In this document: one piece after another, positions 1 through 9,337 of the stretch
Position numbering within the stretch: the stretch's first letter is position 1
Layout of the letters: each line of letters begins with the position of its first letter
Source: an uncultured Solirubrobacteraceae bacterium
GTDB taxonomy: Bacteria > Actinomycetota > Thermoleophilia > Solirubrobacterales > Solirubrobacteraceae
Reading direction: 5' to 3'
Assembly: GCA_964588985.1 (NCBI GenBank)
Contig: CAZPQW010000006.1
Coordinates: 1-64,000, forward strand
Length of the DNA: 64,000 bases
The notes under the pieces: generated by a model
Seen by the model: only the letters and a program-made list of their open reading frames with translations
Told to the model about the DNA's origin: nothing
Database searches by the model: none
Program-made: the position numbers and the translations under genes

Positions 1-6
1 CCGCAG

Positions 7-51
7 CGAGCCGGGGTGGAGGGGCTCCTCCCACTCCTCCACCTCGGCTCG
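7..51 (+). promoter_or_regulatory. Inverted repeat with GTGGAG/GTGGGA boxes upstream of mraZ (possible MraZ operator)
   Basis: CGAGCCGGGGTGGAGG (7-22) pairs with CCTCCACCTCGGCTCG (36-51). GTGG-type boxes on both strands resemble MraZ-binding repeats. Upstream context is cut off by the window edge. Confidence 0.4.
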
Positions 52-76
52 GTAATCAAGCTTTGGAGTTGCACAA

Positions 77-520
77 GTGGTTCCCTTCCGCGGCACGTTC
101 GACCACACGCTCGACGCCAAGAACCGCCTCACGATGCCGGCCCGCTACCGGGCCGCTCTGGCGGAGGGGGTGGTGCTCGCGATGCCTATAGACCTGAAGC
201 CGTGCGTGGGGGTGTGGCGCCCGGAGGACTACGAGCGCTACACCAAGCGCGCGCTCGCCGAGCTGCCGCCGCTCTCGCCGCGCCTGAACGAGCTCGAGCG
301 CTTCTTCTACGGCAGCTCCCACGACGCCGACCTCGACGCGGCGGGACGGGTGATGATCCCCGGGTTCCTCGGCGAGCACGCCGCGCTCGCGAAGGAGGTC
401 GTGGTGGTCGGCGTGGGCGATCGCCTGGAGCTGTGGGACAAGACCGCCTGGAACGAGCATCGACCGACGCTGCTGAGCGGCGTCGCGGAGGTCACCTCGC
501 GTGTCGACGACGCTGCTTGA
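77..520 (+). CDS. mraZ: Division/cell wall cluster transcriptional repressor MraZ
   Basis: Two AbrB-like repeats (LDAKNRLTMP, LDAAGRVMIP), VGVGDRLELWD; first gene of dcw. Confidence 0.95.
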   Translation: MVPFRGTFDHTLDAKNRLTMPARYRAALAEGVVLAMPIDLKPCVGVWRPEDYERYTKRALAELPPLSPRLNELERFFYGSSHDADLDAAGRVMIPGFLGEHAALAKEVVVVGVGDRLELWDKTAWNEHRPTLLSGVAEVTSRVDDAA

Positions 521-668
521 GCTGAGCGAGATCGACAGCGCGTGCGAGATCCGCGCGAGCTTTGGCTCCGCGCACGCTCCCGAGCTTGCGAAGCGACGCC
601 GCGGGGCGGGGGAGGGCGCGCGGGCTTCGCGTCGCGCGAATCGCGCCGCCGGTGGGCCGGACTGCGCC

Positions 669-1631
669 GTGACGCGATCGAGCGCCTCGCACACGCCCGT
701 GCTCGCGAGCGAGCTGTTGGAGATGCTCGGCCCTAAGCCGGGTCAGACGGCGATCGACTGCACGTTCGGCGACGGCGGTCACGCGCGCCTGCTCGCCGAG
801 CGGCTCGGCTCCGGCGGGACGCTGATCGCGATCGACCGCGACCCGCTCGCCGAAGAGCGCTTCCAGATGCTCGCCGCCGAGGCGCCATGCGCGGTGCGCT
901 TCATCCGCTCCGGTTACGCCGAGGCGCTCGAGCTGCTCGCGGAGGAGGGTGCGCGCGCGGACATGGTGTACTTCGACCTGGGCATGTCCTCGATGCAGGT
1001 GGACACCCGCGAGCGCGGCTTCTCCTACTCCTACGAGGCGCCGCTGGACATGCGGATGGACCCGGCTCAGGAGTTGAGCGCGCGCGAGATCGTCGCGGAG
1101 TGGGACGAGCGCCGGCTGGCGCACATCCTGCGCGACTACGGCGAGGAGCGCCACGCCGGCGCGATCGCCCGCGCGATCGTCCGTCGCCGCGCGCAGGCGC
1201 CGATCCGCACGACGCTCGAGCTGGTCGACACGATCAACGCCGCGATCCCAGCGCCCGCGCGCTTCGCCGGCGGCCATCCCGCGAAGCGCTCGTTCCAGGC
1301 GCTGCGGATCGCCGTGAACGACGAGCTCGGTCAGCTCGACCGGGCGCTGCCGCTCGCGTGGGGACTGTTGCGCGAGGGCGGCGTGCTCGCCGGCATCTCC
1401 TTCCACTCGCTCGAGGATCGCCGCGTGAAGCGCTTCCTCGTCGAGCGCGCCCGTGGGTGCATATGCCCGCCCGACCTGCCGGTGTGCGCGTGCGGACGCG
1501 AGCCGCAGGCGGCGCTGCTCAGCCGCCGCTCGATCGTTCCCTCCGCTGCGGAGGTCGAAAGCAACCCGCGTGCGGGATCGGCGCGCCTGCGCGCCGCGAG
1601 GAAGCTCACCGAGGAGGCCCCCGAGACATGA
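669..1631 (+). CDS. rsmH: 16S rRNA m4C1402 methyltransferase RsmH (ORF open from 501; GTG 669 preferred)
   Basis: HTPVL, DCTFGDGGHA, DLGMSSMQVD..ERGFS, PLDMRMD, ISFHSLEDRRVK motifs. Confidence 0.95.
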   Translation: MTRSSASHTPVLASELLEMLGPKPGQTAIDCTFGDGGHARLLAERLGSGGTLIAIDRDPLAEERFQMLAAEAPCAVRFIRSGYAEALELLAEEGARADMVYFDLGMSSMQVDTRERGFSYSYEAPLDMRMDPAQELSAREIVAEWDERRLAHILRDYGEERHAGAIARAIVRRRAQAPIRTTLELVDTINAAIPAPARFAGGHPAKRSFQALRIAVNDELGQLDRALPLAWGLLREGGVLAGISFHSLEDRRVKRFLVERARGCICPPDLPVCACGREPQAALLSRRSIVPSAAEVESNPRAGSARLRAARKLTEEAPET

Positions 1632-2431
1632 CGCCCCCAGCAGCAGCCGCGGCGCCCGCGGTTCGACGCGCGCGCACCACCGCTCCCGTCCGCGCTCGCA
1701 GCACGGCCCCCGCCCGTCCGCTTACGACCGCGCCGAGGCCGCGACGGGTCTCCGGCCCCGCGCGCCCCGCGCGACCGCGCACTCAACCCCAGCGCCCGGC
1801 GAAGGGGGAGGCTGGTCTCGCGGTCGGAGCTCTCGCCGCGCTGCGCAGCGTCGAGGACCACCCGCTGCTCGACCGCCTGATCGGCGGGCGCACGTGGATC
1901 GGCCTGGTCGCGTTCGCGTTGATCGGCATCGTGACGCTGCAGCTCGGTCTGCTCAAGCTGAACGCCGGCATCGGGCGTACGCTCGAGCAGATGGCTTCGC
2001 TACAGCAGGGGAACGCGGCCCTGAGCATCGAGAACTCCGAACTCGCGGCGGGCGACCGCGTCGAGTCGAGCGCAGCGCGACTGGGGATGACGATCGTCCC
2101 GGTCGGGGCGCTGAAGTCCCTCACGCCGCATCCCGGCCTGGACGCGGCACGTGCGGCGAGCGCGCTCACCACATCGGTCCACGTGACTCCCACGACCGAA
2201 GCGAGCCCCGAAGCCACCACCACTTCCACGTCGCCGCCCTCCGCGGAACAGACATCGACCGCCACAGGCACACCGCAGGCGAGCGAAGCGCCCGCGGCCA
2301 CCACGACCGGAGAAACGAGCAGCCGTGAATCCCAGCCGACCGCGAGCGAATCCAGCAGCCACGAATCTCCACCGGCCACCACCGAACCCAGATCCTCCGC
2401 CGGCGGCACGCAGGCCGCTCCCACGGGCTGA
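1628..2431 (+). CDS. ftsL: FtsL-like cell division protein with long S/T/P/E-rich C-terminal tail
   Basis: ATGA overlap with rsmH; single TM (WIGLVAFALIGIVTLQLGLL) then a coiled coil; lies between rsmH and ftsI. Confidence 0.7.
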   Translation: MTPPAAAAAPAVRRARTTAPVRARSTAPARPLTTAPRPRRVSGPARPARPRTQPQRPAKGEAGLAVGALAALRSVEDHPLLDRLIGGRTWIGLVAFALIGIVTLQLGLLKLNAGIGRTLEQMASLQQGNAALSIENSELAAGDRVESSAARLGMTIVPVGALKSLTPHPGLDAARAASALTTSVHVTPTTEASPEATTTSTSPPSAEQTSTATGTPQASEAPAATTTGETSSRESQPTASESSSHESPPATTEPRSSAGGTQAAPTG

Positions 2432-2434
2432 GCG

Positions 2435-4096
2435 GTGGCCGCCGTCCAGAACCGCATAGGCGCGATCTTCGGACTGTTCTTCATCCTGCTCGTGGTCGCG
2501 GCCGCCCGCACGGCTTACCTCGGCGTGCTGCGCGGCGGCACCCTGCGCAAGGCGGCGAGCAGCCAGCAGCTGACGAACGAGACGGTGATGGCGCAGCGCG
2601 GCACGATCACCGACCGCCTGGGGACGGACCTGGCGGTCTCCGAGCCCGCACAGGACCTCGCGGCCGATCCCTACCTGCTCACCGAGCCGCTCGTCGCCGC
2701 CCAGCAGCTCGCGCCGTTGCTCGGCCAGAGCCCGGACAGCGTGCTGCGCAAGCTCTCCGAGCGTTCCGGCTTCGTGTACCTCGCTAGGGCGATGCCGGAA
2801 CGTCAGGCGCAGAGGATCCTCGCGCTGAAGATCCCGGGCGTGACGGGCACGCCGGTGATGCGGCGCGTCTACCCGCGGGGCACGCTCGCCGCGCAGGTGC
2901 TCGGCGTGGTTGGCACCGAAGGCAAGGGGCTCGCGGGCATCGAGTACTCCCAGGAAGCGGCCCTGCGCGGACGCCCCGGCAAACGACGCGTGGTCAGCGA
3001 CGCGATCGGCCAGCCGGTGTCGATCACGGAAACGAGCCCCGTGGTCCCTGGGCAGTCCCTGACGCTGACGCTCGACTCGAACATCCAGCAGCGCACCGAA
3101 GACGTGCTCGGCGCGGTCGCCAAAGTGTTCAACCCGAAGGACGCCACCGCGATCGTGATGGATCCGCGCACGGGAGCGATCATGGCGCTGGCGAACTGGC
3201 CGCAGGTGAACGCCAACGACCCCGGCTCCTCCGCGCCCGAAGACATGCAGGATCGCGCGGTCGGCTTCAACTACGAACCCGGCTCGACGTTCAAGGCGTT
3301 CACGGTCTCCGGAGCGCTGCAGGGCGGCCTGATCAACCCGGACACCCCGTTCAGCATCCCCGACCAGATCCAGGTCGCCGACCGCACGATCCACGACGAC
3401 ACCGAACACCCCGAAGAGACGCTCACCACCGCGCAGATCCTCGCGCAGTCGAGCAACGTCGGCGCGATCAAGATCGGCGCGCTGGAGGGACGCAAGGCGT
3501 TCAACACCTGGGTGCACCGCTTCGGCTTCGGCACGCCCACGGGCGTCGAACTGCCGGGCGAGGAACGGGGTGTGACGCTGCCGCTGTCCCAATACTCCGG
3601 CTCCTCGATGGGCAACCTCCCGATCGGGCAGGGCGAGCTGGTGACGCCGATGCAGATGGCGACCGCGTACGCGGCGATCGCCAACGGCGGGATCATGCGC
3701 CGTCCGCACATCATCGACGCAGTAGGGGGTCACGCTCAGCCGATGCCGGTCGGACACCGGGTGATATCGAGCGAGACCGCGGCCTCGCTGCGGCACATGC
3801 TCGAAGGGGTCCTCGCCCCTGGCGGCACGGCGAGCGAGGTCGAAGTGCCCGGCTACAAGCTCGCGGGCAAGACCGGCACGGCGAGCAAGATCGACCACGA
3901 AACGGGCGAATACTCGAAGTCCGCTTACGTGGCGTCGTTCATCGGCTTCGCTCCCGCATCCGACCCCAGGCTGCTCGCGGCCATCGTCGTCGACGAACCC
4001 CAGACCGGGTCGATCTACGGAGGCAGGGTCGCCGCGCCCGCGTTCGGGCAGATCATGAGCTTCGCGCTGCCCTATCTCGGCATACCGCCCGGTTGA
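2435..4096 (+). CDS. ftsI: Class B penicillin-binding protein FtsI
   Basis: RGTITDR, RVYPRG, EPGSTFK (SxxK), SSN, KTG motifs. Confidence 0.93.
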   Translation: MAAVQNRIGAIFGLFFILLVVAAARTAYLGVLRGGTLRKAASSQQLTNETVMAQRGTITDRLGTDLAVSEPAQDLAADPYLLTEPLVAAQQLAPLLGQSPDSVLRKLSERSGFVYLARAMPERQAQRILALKIPGVTGTPVMRRVYPRGTLAAQVLGVVGTEGKGLAGIEYSQEAALRGRPGKRRVVSDAIGQPVSITETSPVVPGQSLTLTLDSNIQQRTEDVLGAVAKVFNPKDATAIVMDPRTGAIMALANWPQVNANDPGSSAPEDMQDRAVGFNYEPGSTFKAFTVSGALQGGLINPDTPFSIPDQIQVADRTIHDDTEHPEETLTTAQILAQSSNVGAIKIGALEGRKAFNTWVHRFGFGTPTGVELPGEERGVTLPLSQYSGSSMGNLPIGQGELVTPMQMATAYAAIANGGIMRRPHIIDAVGGHAQPMPVGHRVISSETAASLRHMLEGVLAPGGTASEVEVPGYKLAGKTGTASKIDHETGEYSKSAYVASFIGFAPASDPRLLAAIVVDEPQTGSIYGGRVAAPAFGQIMSFALPYLGIPPG

Positions 4097-4142
4097 GCCC
4101 TGCTCGGCGGCTCCGGCGGGGGCGGAAACTAGACTCAAGCGC

Positions 4143-4169
4143 ATGCCGACACGCGGGATCGACCGATGA
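4143..4169 (+). CDS. Candidate leaderless 8-aa uORF (MPTRGIDR) coupled to murE
   Basis: TAGACT at 4130-4135, 7 nt before ATG 4143; its TGA overlaps the murE ATG (ATGA). Confidence 0.35.
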   Translation: MPTRGIDR

Positions 4170-5683
4170 GGCTCGACGTTCTCACCCGCGGTCTCACGCC
4201 GGCCGGAGCCGCGGAGCCGGCGCCCGATAGCGCGGGCGTGGAGATCGGCGGGCTGGCGTATGACAGCCGCGCGGTCGCGCCCGGAGACCTGTTCTTCTGC
4301 GTCACCGGCTTCAGCAGCGACGGTCACGATTTCGCCCCCAAGGCGGTCGAGCGGGGCGCCGCGGCGCTCGTGGTGGAGCGTCCGCTCGGGCTCGGCGTGC
4401 CCGAGATCCTCGTGCACTCGGCGCGCGCCGCGATGGCGCCGATCGCGGCCCGCTTCTACGGCGAGCCGGCGCGCGAGCTGCGCGTGGTGGGCGTGACGGG
4501 CACGAACGGCAAGACGACCACCGCGTACCTGATCCGGGCGCTGCTCGAAGCGAGCGGCGAGCAGTGCGGGCTGCTGGGGACGGTGAAGTCGATCGTCGGC
4601 GGGCGGGACCGGGCGGTGCAGCGCACCACCCCGGAGGCGGTCGACCTGCAGCGCGACCTGCGCGCGATGCTCGACGGCGGCGACCGCGCGTGCGCGATCG
4701 AGGTCTCCTCGCACGCCCTGCTGCTGGGGCGCACCGATGCGATCCCGTTCGCGGCGGCCATCTTCACGAACCTGACCCAGGACCACCTCGACTTCCACAA
4801 GACGATGGAGGAGTACTTCCAGGCCAAGCGGCTGCTGTTCCTGCCCGAGAAGGGCGAGCCCCCAGCGGTGAGCGTGGTCAACGTCGGCGACCCCTATGGC
4901 CGGCGCCTCGCCCAGGAGATCGACGGCGTGCTGACGTTCGCGCTCGACGCGCCCGCCGACTACGCCGCCACCGACATCGCCACCGCGTTCGACGGCTGCC
5001 GGTTCACGCTGAGCACGCCGGAGGGCGAGCGCACGGTCGCGCTGCCGCTGCCGGGACGGTTCAACGTCGCGAACGCGCTCGGGGCGCTCGCGGCGGCTCA
5101 CGCGCTCGGCGGCGAGCTCGACGTGCTCGTGGCGGCGCTCGAAAGCGGCGTGCGCGTCCCCGGACGCTTCGAGCCGGTCGACGAGGGCCAGGACTTCGCG
5201 GTGCTGGTGGACTATGCGCATACCCCGGACTCGCTCGAGAACGTGCTGCTCGCGGCACGCGAACTGACAGACCCGCGCACGCGGGGGAGGGTGATCTGCG
5301 TGTTCGGAGCGGGTGGTGACCGCGATCGAGGCAAGCGGCCGCTGATGGGCGAGATCGCCGCGCGGCTGGCGGACGTCGTGCTCGTGACCTCCGACAATCC
5401 GCGCTCGGAGGACCCCGAGGCGATCGTCGCGGAGATCGTGGCCGGCGCCGAGCGCGCCGATGGCGAGCCCGCCGAGCTGCTCGCGCTCGTGGATCGACGC
5501 GCGGCGATCGAGCAGGCGATCGCTCGGGGGCGCGCGGGCGACGTGCTGGTGATCGCGGGCAAGGGCCACGAGCAGGGCCAGGAGTTCGCGAACGCGCGCA
5601 AGTTGCCGTTCGACGACGTGGAGGTCGCGCGCGAAGCCCTGCGCGCGCACACGCAGGCCGTCACCCGGGCTGGCGCCGCATGA
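4166..5683 (+). CDS. murE: UDP-MurNAc-L-Ala-D-Glu:meso-DAP ligase
   Basis: GVTGTNGKTTT, TTPE, EVSSH, DYAHTPD, DNPR (DAP-type), AGKGHE. Confidence 0.96.
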   Translation: MRLDVLTRGLTPAGAAEPAPDSAGVEIGGLAYDSRAVAPGDLFFCVTGFSSDGHDFAPKAVERGAAALVVERPLGLGVPEILVHSARAAMAPIAARFYGEPARELRVVGVTGTNGKTTTAYLIRALLEASGEQCGLLGTVKSIVGGRDRAVQRTTPEAVDLQRDLRAMLDGGDRACAIEVSSHALLLGRTDAIPFAAAIFTNLTQDHLDFHKTMEEYFQAKRLLFLPEKGEPPAVSVVNVGDPYGRRLAQEIDGVLTFALDAPADYAATDIATAFDGCRFTLSTPEGERTVALPLPGRFNVANALGALAAAHALGGELDVLVAALESGVRVPGRFEPVDEGQDFAVLVDYAHTPDSLENVLLAARELTDPRTRGRVICVFGAGGDRDRGKRPLMGEIAARLADVVLVTSDNPRSEDPEAIVAEIVAGAERADGEPAELLALVDRRAAIEQAIARGRAGDVLVIAGKGHEQGQEFANARKLPFDDVEVAREALRAHTQAVTRAGAA

Positions 5684-7053
5684 GGGACTGGGACGTGGAG
5701 CGGATCGCTCACGCCGCCGGAGCGAGCGTCGTGGCGGCGCCGACCGGCGCCGCGCAAGCGCCGGGCCCGGTTCGCGCGGGCATCGACTCCCGCGACGTGG
5801 CCGCGAGCGAGTTGTTCGTGGGGTTGCCGGGCGAGCGCACCGACGGTGGCAGCCACGCCGTGCAGGCCCTGCGCGAAGGCGCCTGGGGAGCGATGGTGAC
5901 GCCCGTGCACGCGCGCGCCGCAGCTGAGGCGCAGACGGGCGGCGCGGTACTCGCGCACGAGGATCCGCTCGCCGGGTTGCACGGGCTCGCGAACGCGTGG
6001 CGGGCGGAGCTGGGCGAGCGCGGCGCGAAGGTGGTGGCGATCACGGGCTCGACGGGCAAGACGTCTACGAAGGACATCCTCGCGGCGCTGCTGAGCGCCC
6101 ACATGCGTACGGTTGCGACCCCGGCGAACCTCAACACGGAGATCGGGCTGCCGCTGGTGCTGCTCGCCGCGCCCGCCGACACCGAGGCGGTGGTGCTGGA
6201 GATGGCTATGCGCGGTCCCGGGCAGATCGCGCAGCTGACGGAGATCGCCAGGCCGGACGTGGGTGTGATCGTGAACGTGGGTCACGCGCATCTCGAGCTG
6301 CTCGGCTCGCTGGAGGCGATCGCCGCGGCGAAGGCGGAGCTGATCGCGGGCGTCGCGCCCGGGACCACGGTGATCGTGCCCGCGCACGAGCCGCTGCTCG
6401 AGGCGCACCTGCGCGAGGACGTGCGCACGATCTCCTTCGGCGAGGGCGGCGACGTGTCGCTGCAGGGGAGGCGCCCCGATGGGACGGTGACGATCGCGGC
6501 GAGCGAGGAGCGGATCGTGCTGCGTCCCTCCTTCGGCCAGGCGCACAACCTGCGCAACCTGCTCGCGGCGGTGGCGGCGGCGAGGGCGCTCGGGGTGGCC
6601 CCCGACGGCTCGCTGGAGGTGAGCTTCTCGGCGATGCGCGGGCAGCGCGCGGAGCTGGCGAGCGGGGCGGTGCTGATCGACGACTGCTACAACGCCAACC
6701 CGATGTCCATGAGCGCCGCGATCGACGACCTTGCGGAGACCGCCCCCGCGCGCCGCGTGGCGGTGCTGGGCGACATGCTCGAGCTGGGCCCCGATGCGCG
6801 GCGGCTGCACCGCGAGCTGGGCGAGCACGCGAGCGCGCGCGGAGTCGAGCTGCTGATCGCGGTCGGGCCGCTGGCGGCGGAGACGGCGCGTGCGTTCGCG
6901 GGCGACGCCCACGCGGTGGCGGACGCGCGGAGCGCCGCGGAGCTGACGCCGACGCTGCTGCGGGCGGGCGACACGGTGCTCGTTAAGGGGTCGCGCGGGG
7001 TGGGCCTGGAGCTGGTGTCCGACGCGCTTCAGGCCGGGGCGGGGCGGCGCTGA
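5680..7053 (+). CDS. murF: UDP-MurNAc-tripeptide:D-Ala-D-Ala ligase
   Basis: ITGSTGKTSTK, NLNTEIGLP, DDCYNANPMSM, LGDMLELG, KGSRG. Confidence 0.95.
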   Translation: MRDWDVERIAHAAGASVVAAPTGAAQAPGPVRAGIDSRDVAASELFVGLPGERTDGGSHAVQALREGAWGAMVTPVHARAAAEAQTGGAVLAHEDPLAGLHGLANAWRAELGERGAKVVAITGSTGKTSTKDILAALLSAHMRTVATPANLNTEIGLPLVLLAAPADTEAVVLEMAMRGPGQIAQLTEIARPDVGVIVNVGHAHLELLGSLEAIAAAKAELIAGVAPGTTVIVPAHEPLLEAHLREDVRTISFGEGGDVSLQGRRPDGTVTIAASEERIVLRPSFGQAHNLRNLLAAVAAARALGVAPDGSLEVSFSAMRGQRAELASGAVLIDDCYNANPMSMSAAIDDLAETAPARRVAVLGDMLELGPDARRLHRELGEHASARGVELLIAVGPLAAETARAFAGDAHAVADARSAAELTPTLLRAGDTVLVKGSRGVGLELVSDALQAGAGRR

Positions 7054-8022
7054 ATGGGGCGGATTCTGTTCGGGGGAACGGCCGCGCTGCTGATCTGCAT
7101 CTTCCTCAGCCCCAAGTTCATCGAGTTCCTGCGCGAGCGCGAGTTCGGGCAGCACATCCGCGAGGACGGCCCGGAGGGCCATCATCAGAAGGCTGGCACG
7201 CCGACGATGGGCGGGGTGATCGTGTTCCTCGCGATCTCCGTGCCGTTCCTGATCCTTACGAACTACGACTGGCGCTCGGTGGGGGTGTTCGGCGCTGCGA
7301 TCGCGTGCGCGCTGCTCGGCTTCGCCGACGACTACACGAAGCTCGTGAGGCGCCGCTCGCTGGGGCTGCGCGGGCGGACGAAGCTCGGCGTGACGATCGC
7401 GATCTCGCTGGGGCTGTGGTACATCGCGAGCCACGAGGCGCACCTGCCGCCGACGCTGTGGCTGCGCTTCGTGGACTACCACATCGATCTCGGGCCGTTC
7501 TACCCGCTGCTGATCTACCTGGTGGTCGCGGGGACGACCAGCTCGGTGAACCTCACCGACGGCCTCGACGGCCTCGCCGCGGGCTGCGTGGCGATCGTCG
7601 GGCTGGCGTATATCGGGATCACGTTCCTCGCGGGCGACTACGACCTGGCGATGCTCGCCGGCTGCCTCGTGGGGGGGTGCATCGGCTTTCTGTGGTTCAA
7701 CGCGTTCCCCGCGACGATCTTCATGGGCGACACCGGCTCGCTCGGGCTCGGGGGCGCGATCGCGGGCCTCGCGGTGATGACCAAGACCGAGGTGCTGCTG
7801 ATCCTGCTCGGCGGCATCTTCGTTGTCGAGGCGCTGTCGGTGGTGATCCAGGTGATCTCCTTCCAGACGACGCGCAAACGGGTATTCCTGATGGCGCCGA
7901 TCCACCACCACTTCGAGCTGAAGGCGTGGTCTGAGACGAAGATAATCCTGCGCTTCTGGATCGTCGCGTCGATCTGCGCGGCGATCGGGTTCACGATCTA
8001 CAGGCAGAGTCGGGGGCTTTAG
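7054..8022 (+). CDS. mraY: Phospho-N-acetylmuramoyl-pentapeptide transferase
   Basis: KAGTPTMGG, GFADDYTK, NLTDGLDGL, FMGDTGS, MAPIHHHFE. Confidence 0.96.
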   Translation: MGRILFGGTAALLICIFLSPKFIEFLREREFGQHIREDGPEGHHQKAGTPTMGGVIVFLAISVPFLILTNYDWRSVGVFGAAIACALLGFADDYTKLVRRRSLGLRGRTKLGVTIAISLGLWYIASHEAHLPPTLWLRFVDYHIDLGPFYPLLIYLVVAGTTSSVNLTDGLDGLAAGCVAIVGLAYIGITFLAGDYDLAMLAGCLVGGCIGFLWFNAFPATIFMGDTGSLGLGGAIAGLAVMTKTEVLLILLGGIFVVEALSVVIQVISFQTTRKRVFLMAPIHHHFELKAWSETKIILRFWIVASICAAIGFTIYRQSRGL

Positions 8023-8071
8023 CCCGCCGGTGGTTGGAGGCATCGAGCCCCCGACGTCGAAGTGAGCCGGG

Positions 8072-9337
8072 ATGCGCGGAAAGCCGCTCGAGCAACGCAT
8101 CCTGTTGACGGCCACGATGTGTCTGCTGGCGTTTGGCGCGGTGATGGTCTACAGCGCGTCCTCGGCGACGACGCTGCTGGCGGGCCACGGCTACGGCAGC
8201 TCCTACCTGATCAAGTTCGTGGCGTACGGGGCGATCGGCCTGGTGACGATGCACCTGCTGGCGCGCGACGGGGTCGCGAAAGTCCAGGCGATCACGGCTC
8301 CGCTGCTGTGCGTGTCGTTCGCGCTGGTGGTCGCGGTGCACGTTCCGCACGTGGGGGTGAGCATCAACGGCGCGCGGCGCTGGCTCGGCCCCGGGATGTT
8401 CCAGTTCCAGCCGTCGGAGCTTTTGAAGATCGCGCTGGTGCTCTACACGGCGACGCTGCTCGCCCGCCGTCCCCAACGCGTGCACGACCTGCGCGAGCTG
8501 TCCAAACCGCTGTTGATGGTGGTCGGCGCGGCGTGCCTGCTGGTGTTCACCCAGCCGGACCTGGGCACGGCGATGGTGATCGTTTTCACGGTGAGCGCGA
8601 TGCTCGTGGCGGCGGGGATGCCGCTGGGGAAACTCGGGATGCTTGGCGGGTCGCTGCTGGGCCTGGTGTTCTTCTACGCGCTCGTGCGGCCGTATGCGCG
8701 GGCGCGGCTGACGTCGTTCCTCGATCCGTGGGCGCACGCCTCCTCGTCGGGCTTCCAGGCGGTGCAGGGCCAGATCGCGATCGGCTCCGGGGGCCTGCTC
8801 GGGGTCGGCCCGGGCCAGTCGGTGCAGAAGATCTTCTACCTGCCGGAGGCGCCGACGGACTTCATCCTCGCGGTGATCGCGGAGGAGCTGGGTGTGATCG
8901 GTGTGTTTGCTCTGCTTTTTCTTTATGGATTGATCGCGTATGCGGGTTTGCGCGCGGCGAAGGCGGCGCGCAGCCTCTACAGCGCCCTGCTCGCCGTGGG
9001 CGTTACGGCTTTGATCCTCTCCCAGGCGATTCTCAACACGTTCGCGGTGCTGGGTCTCGCGCCGCTGACGGGTGTGCCGCTGCCGTTCGTCTCCTACGGC
9101 TCGAGCAGCCTGATCGTGATGCTGGCGGCGATGGGGCTGCTGCTGAACGTCGCCTCCGGCGCGACCGGTCACGTGCGCGCGGTGCCGACGCCCAGAAGGC
9201 GCTCTGCCGACGCGCGCGCTCGCGAACCGGCACGATGGAGCGGTGAGCGCAGCAGCGAGGAGGATCGTGATCGCCGCCGGGGGGACCGCCGGGCACGTGG
9301 TGCCGGCGCTCGCGGTGGCGGACGCGCTGCGGGCTGA
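8072..9337 (+). CDS. ftsW: SEDS peptidoglycan glycosyltransferase FtsW
   Basis: MVYSAS, NGARRW, QPSELLK, QPDLGT, YLPEAPTDFI, TGVPLPFVSYG. Confidence 0.95.
   Translation: MRGKPLEQRILLTATMCLLAFGAVMVYSASSATTLLAGHGYGSSYLIKFVAYGAIGLVTMHLLARDGVAKVQAITAPLLCVSFALVVAVHVPHVGVSINGARRWLGPGMFQFQPSELLKIALVLYTATLLARRPQRVHDLRELSKPLLMVVGAACLLVFTQPDLGTAMVIVFTVSAMLVAAGMPLGKLGMLGGSLLGLVFFYALVRPYARARLTSFLDPWAHASSSGFQAVQGQIAIGSGGLLGVGPGQSVQKIFYLPEAPTDFILAVIAEELGVIGVFALLFLYGLIAYAGLRAAKAARSLYSALLAVGVTALILSQAILNTFAVLGLAPLTGVPLPFVSYGSSSLIVMLAAMGLLLNVASGATGHVRAVPTPRRRSADARAREPARWSGERSSEEDRDRRRGDRRARGAGARGGGRAAG

Noticed and set aside
521-668. mraW RNA motif or an N-terminal extension of RsmH
   Set aside because: No CUUCCCC-type loop is seen, and the in-frame extension from 501 does not resemble RsmH.
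2000-8115. Very long antisense ORFs (1216 aa, 967 aa) and similar ones elsewhere
   Set aside because: Shadow ORFs of high-GC3 genes; R/A/G-rich with no motifs.
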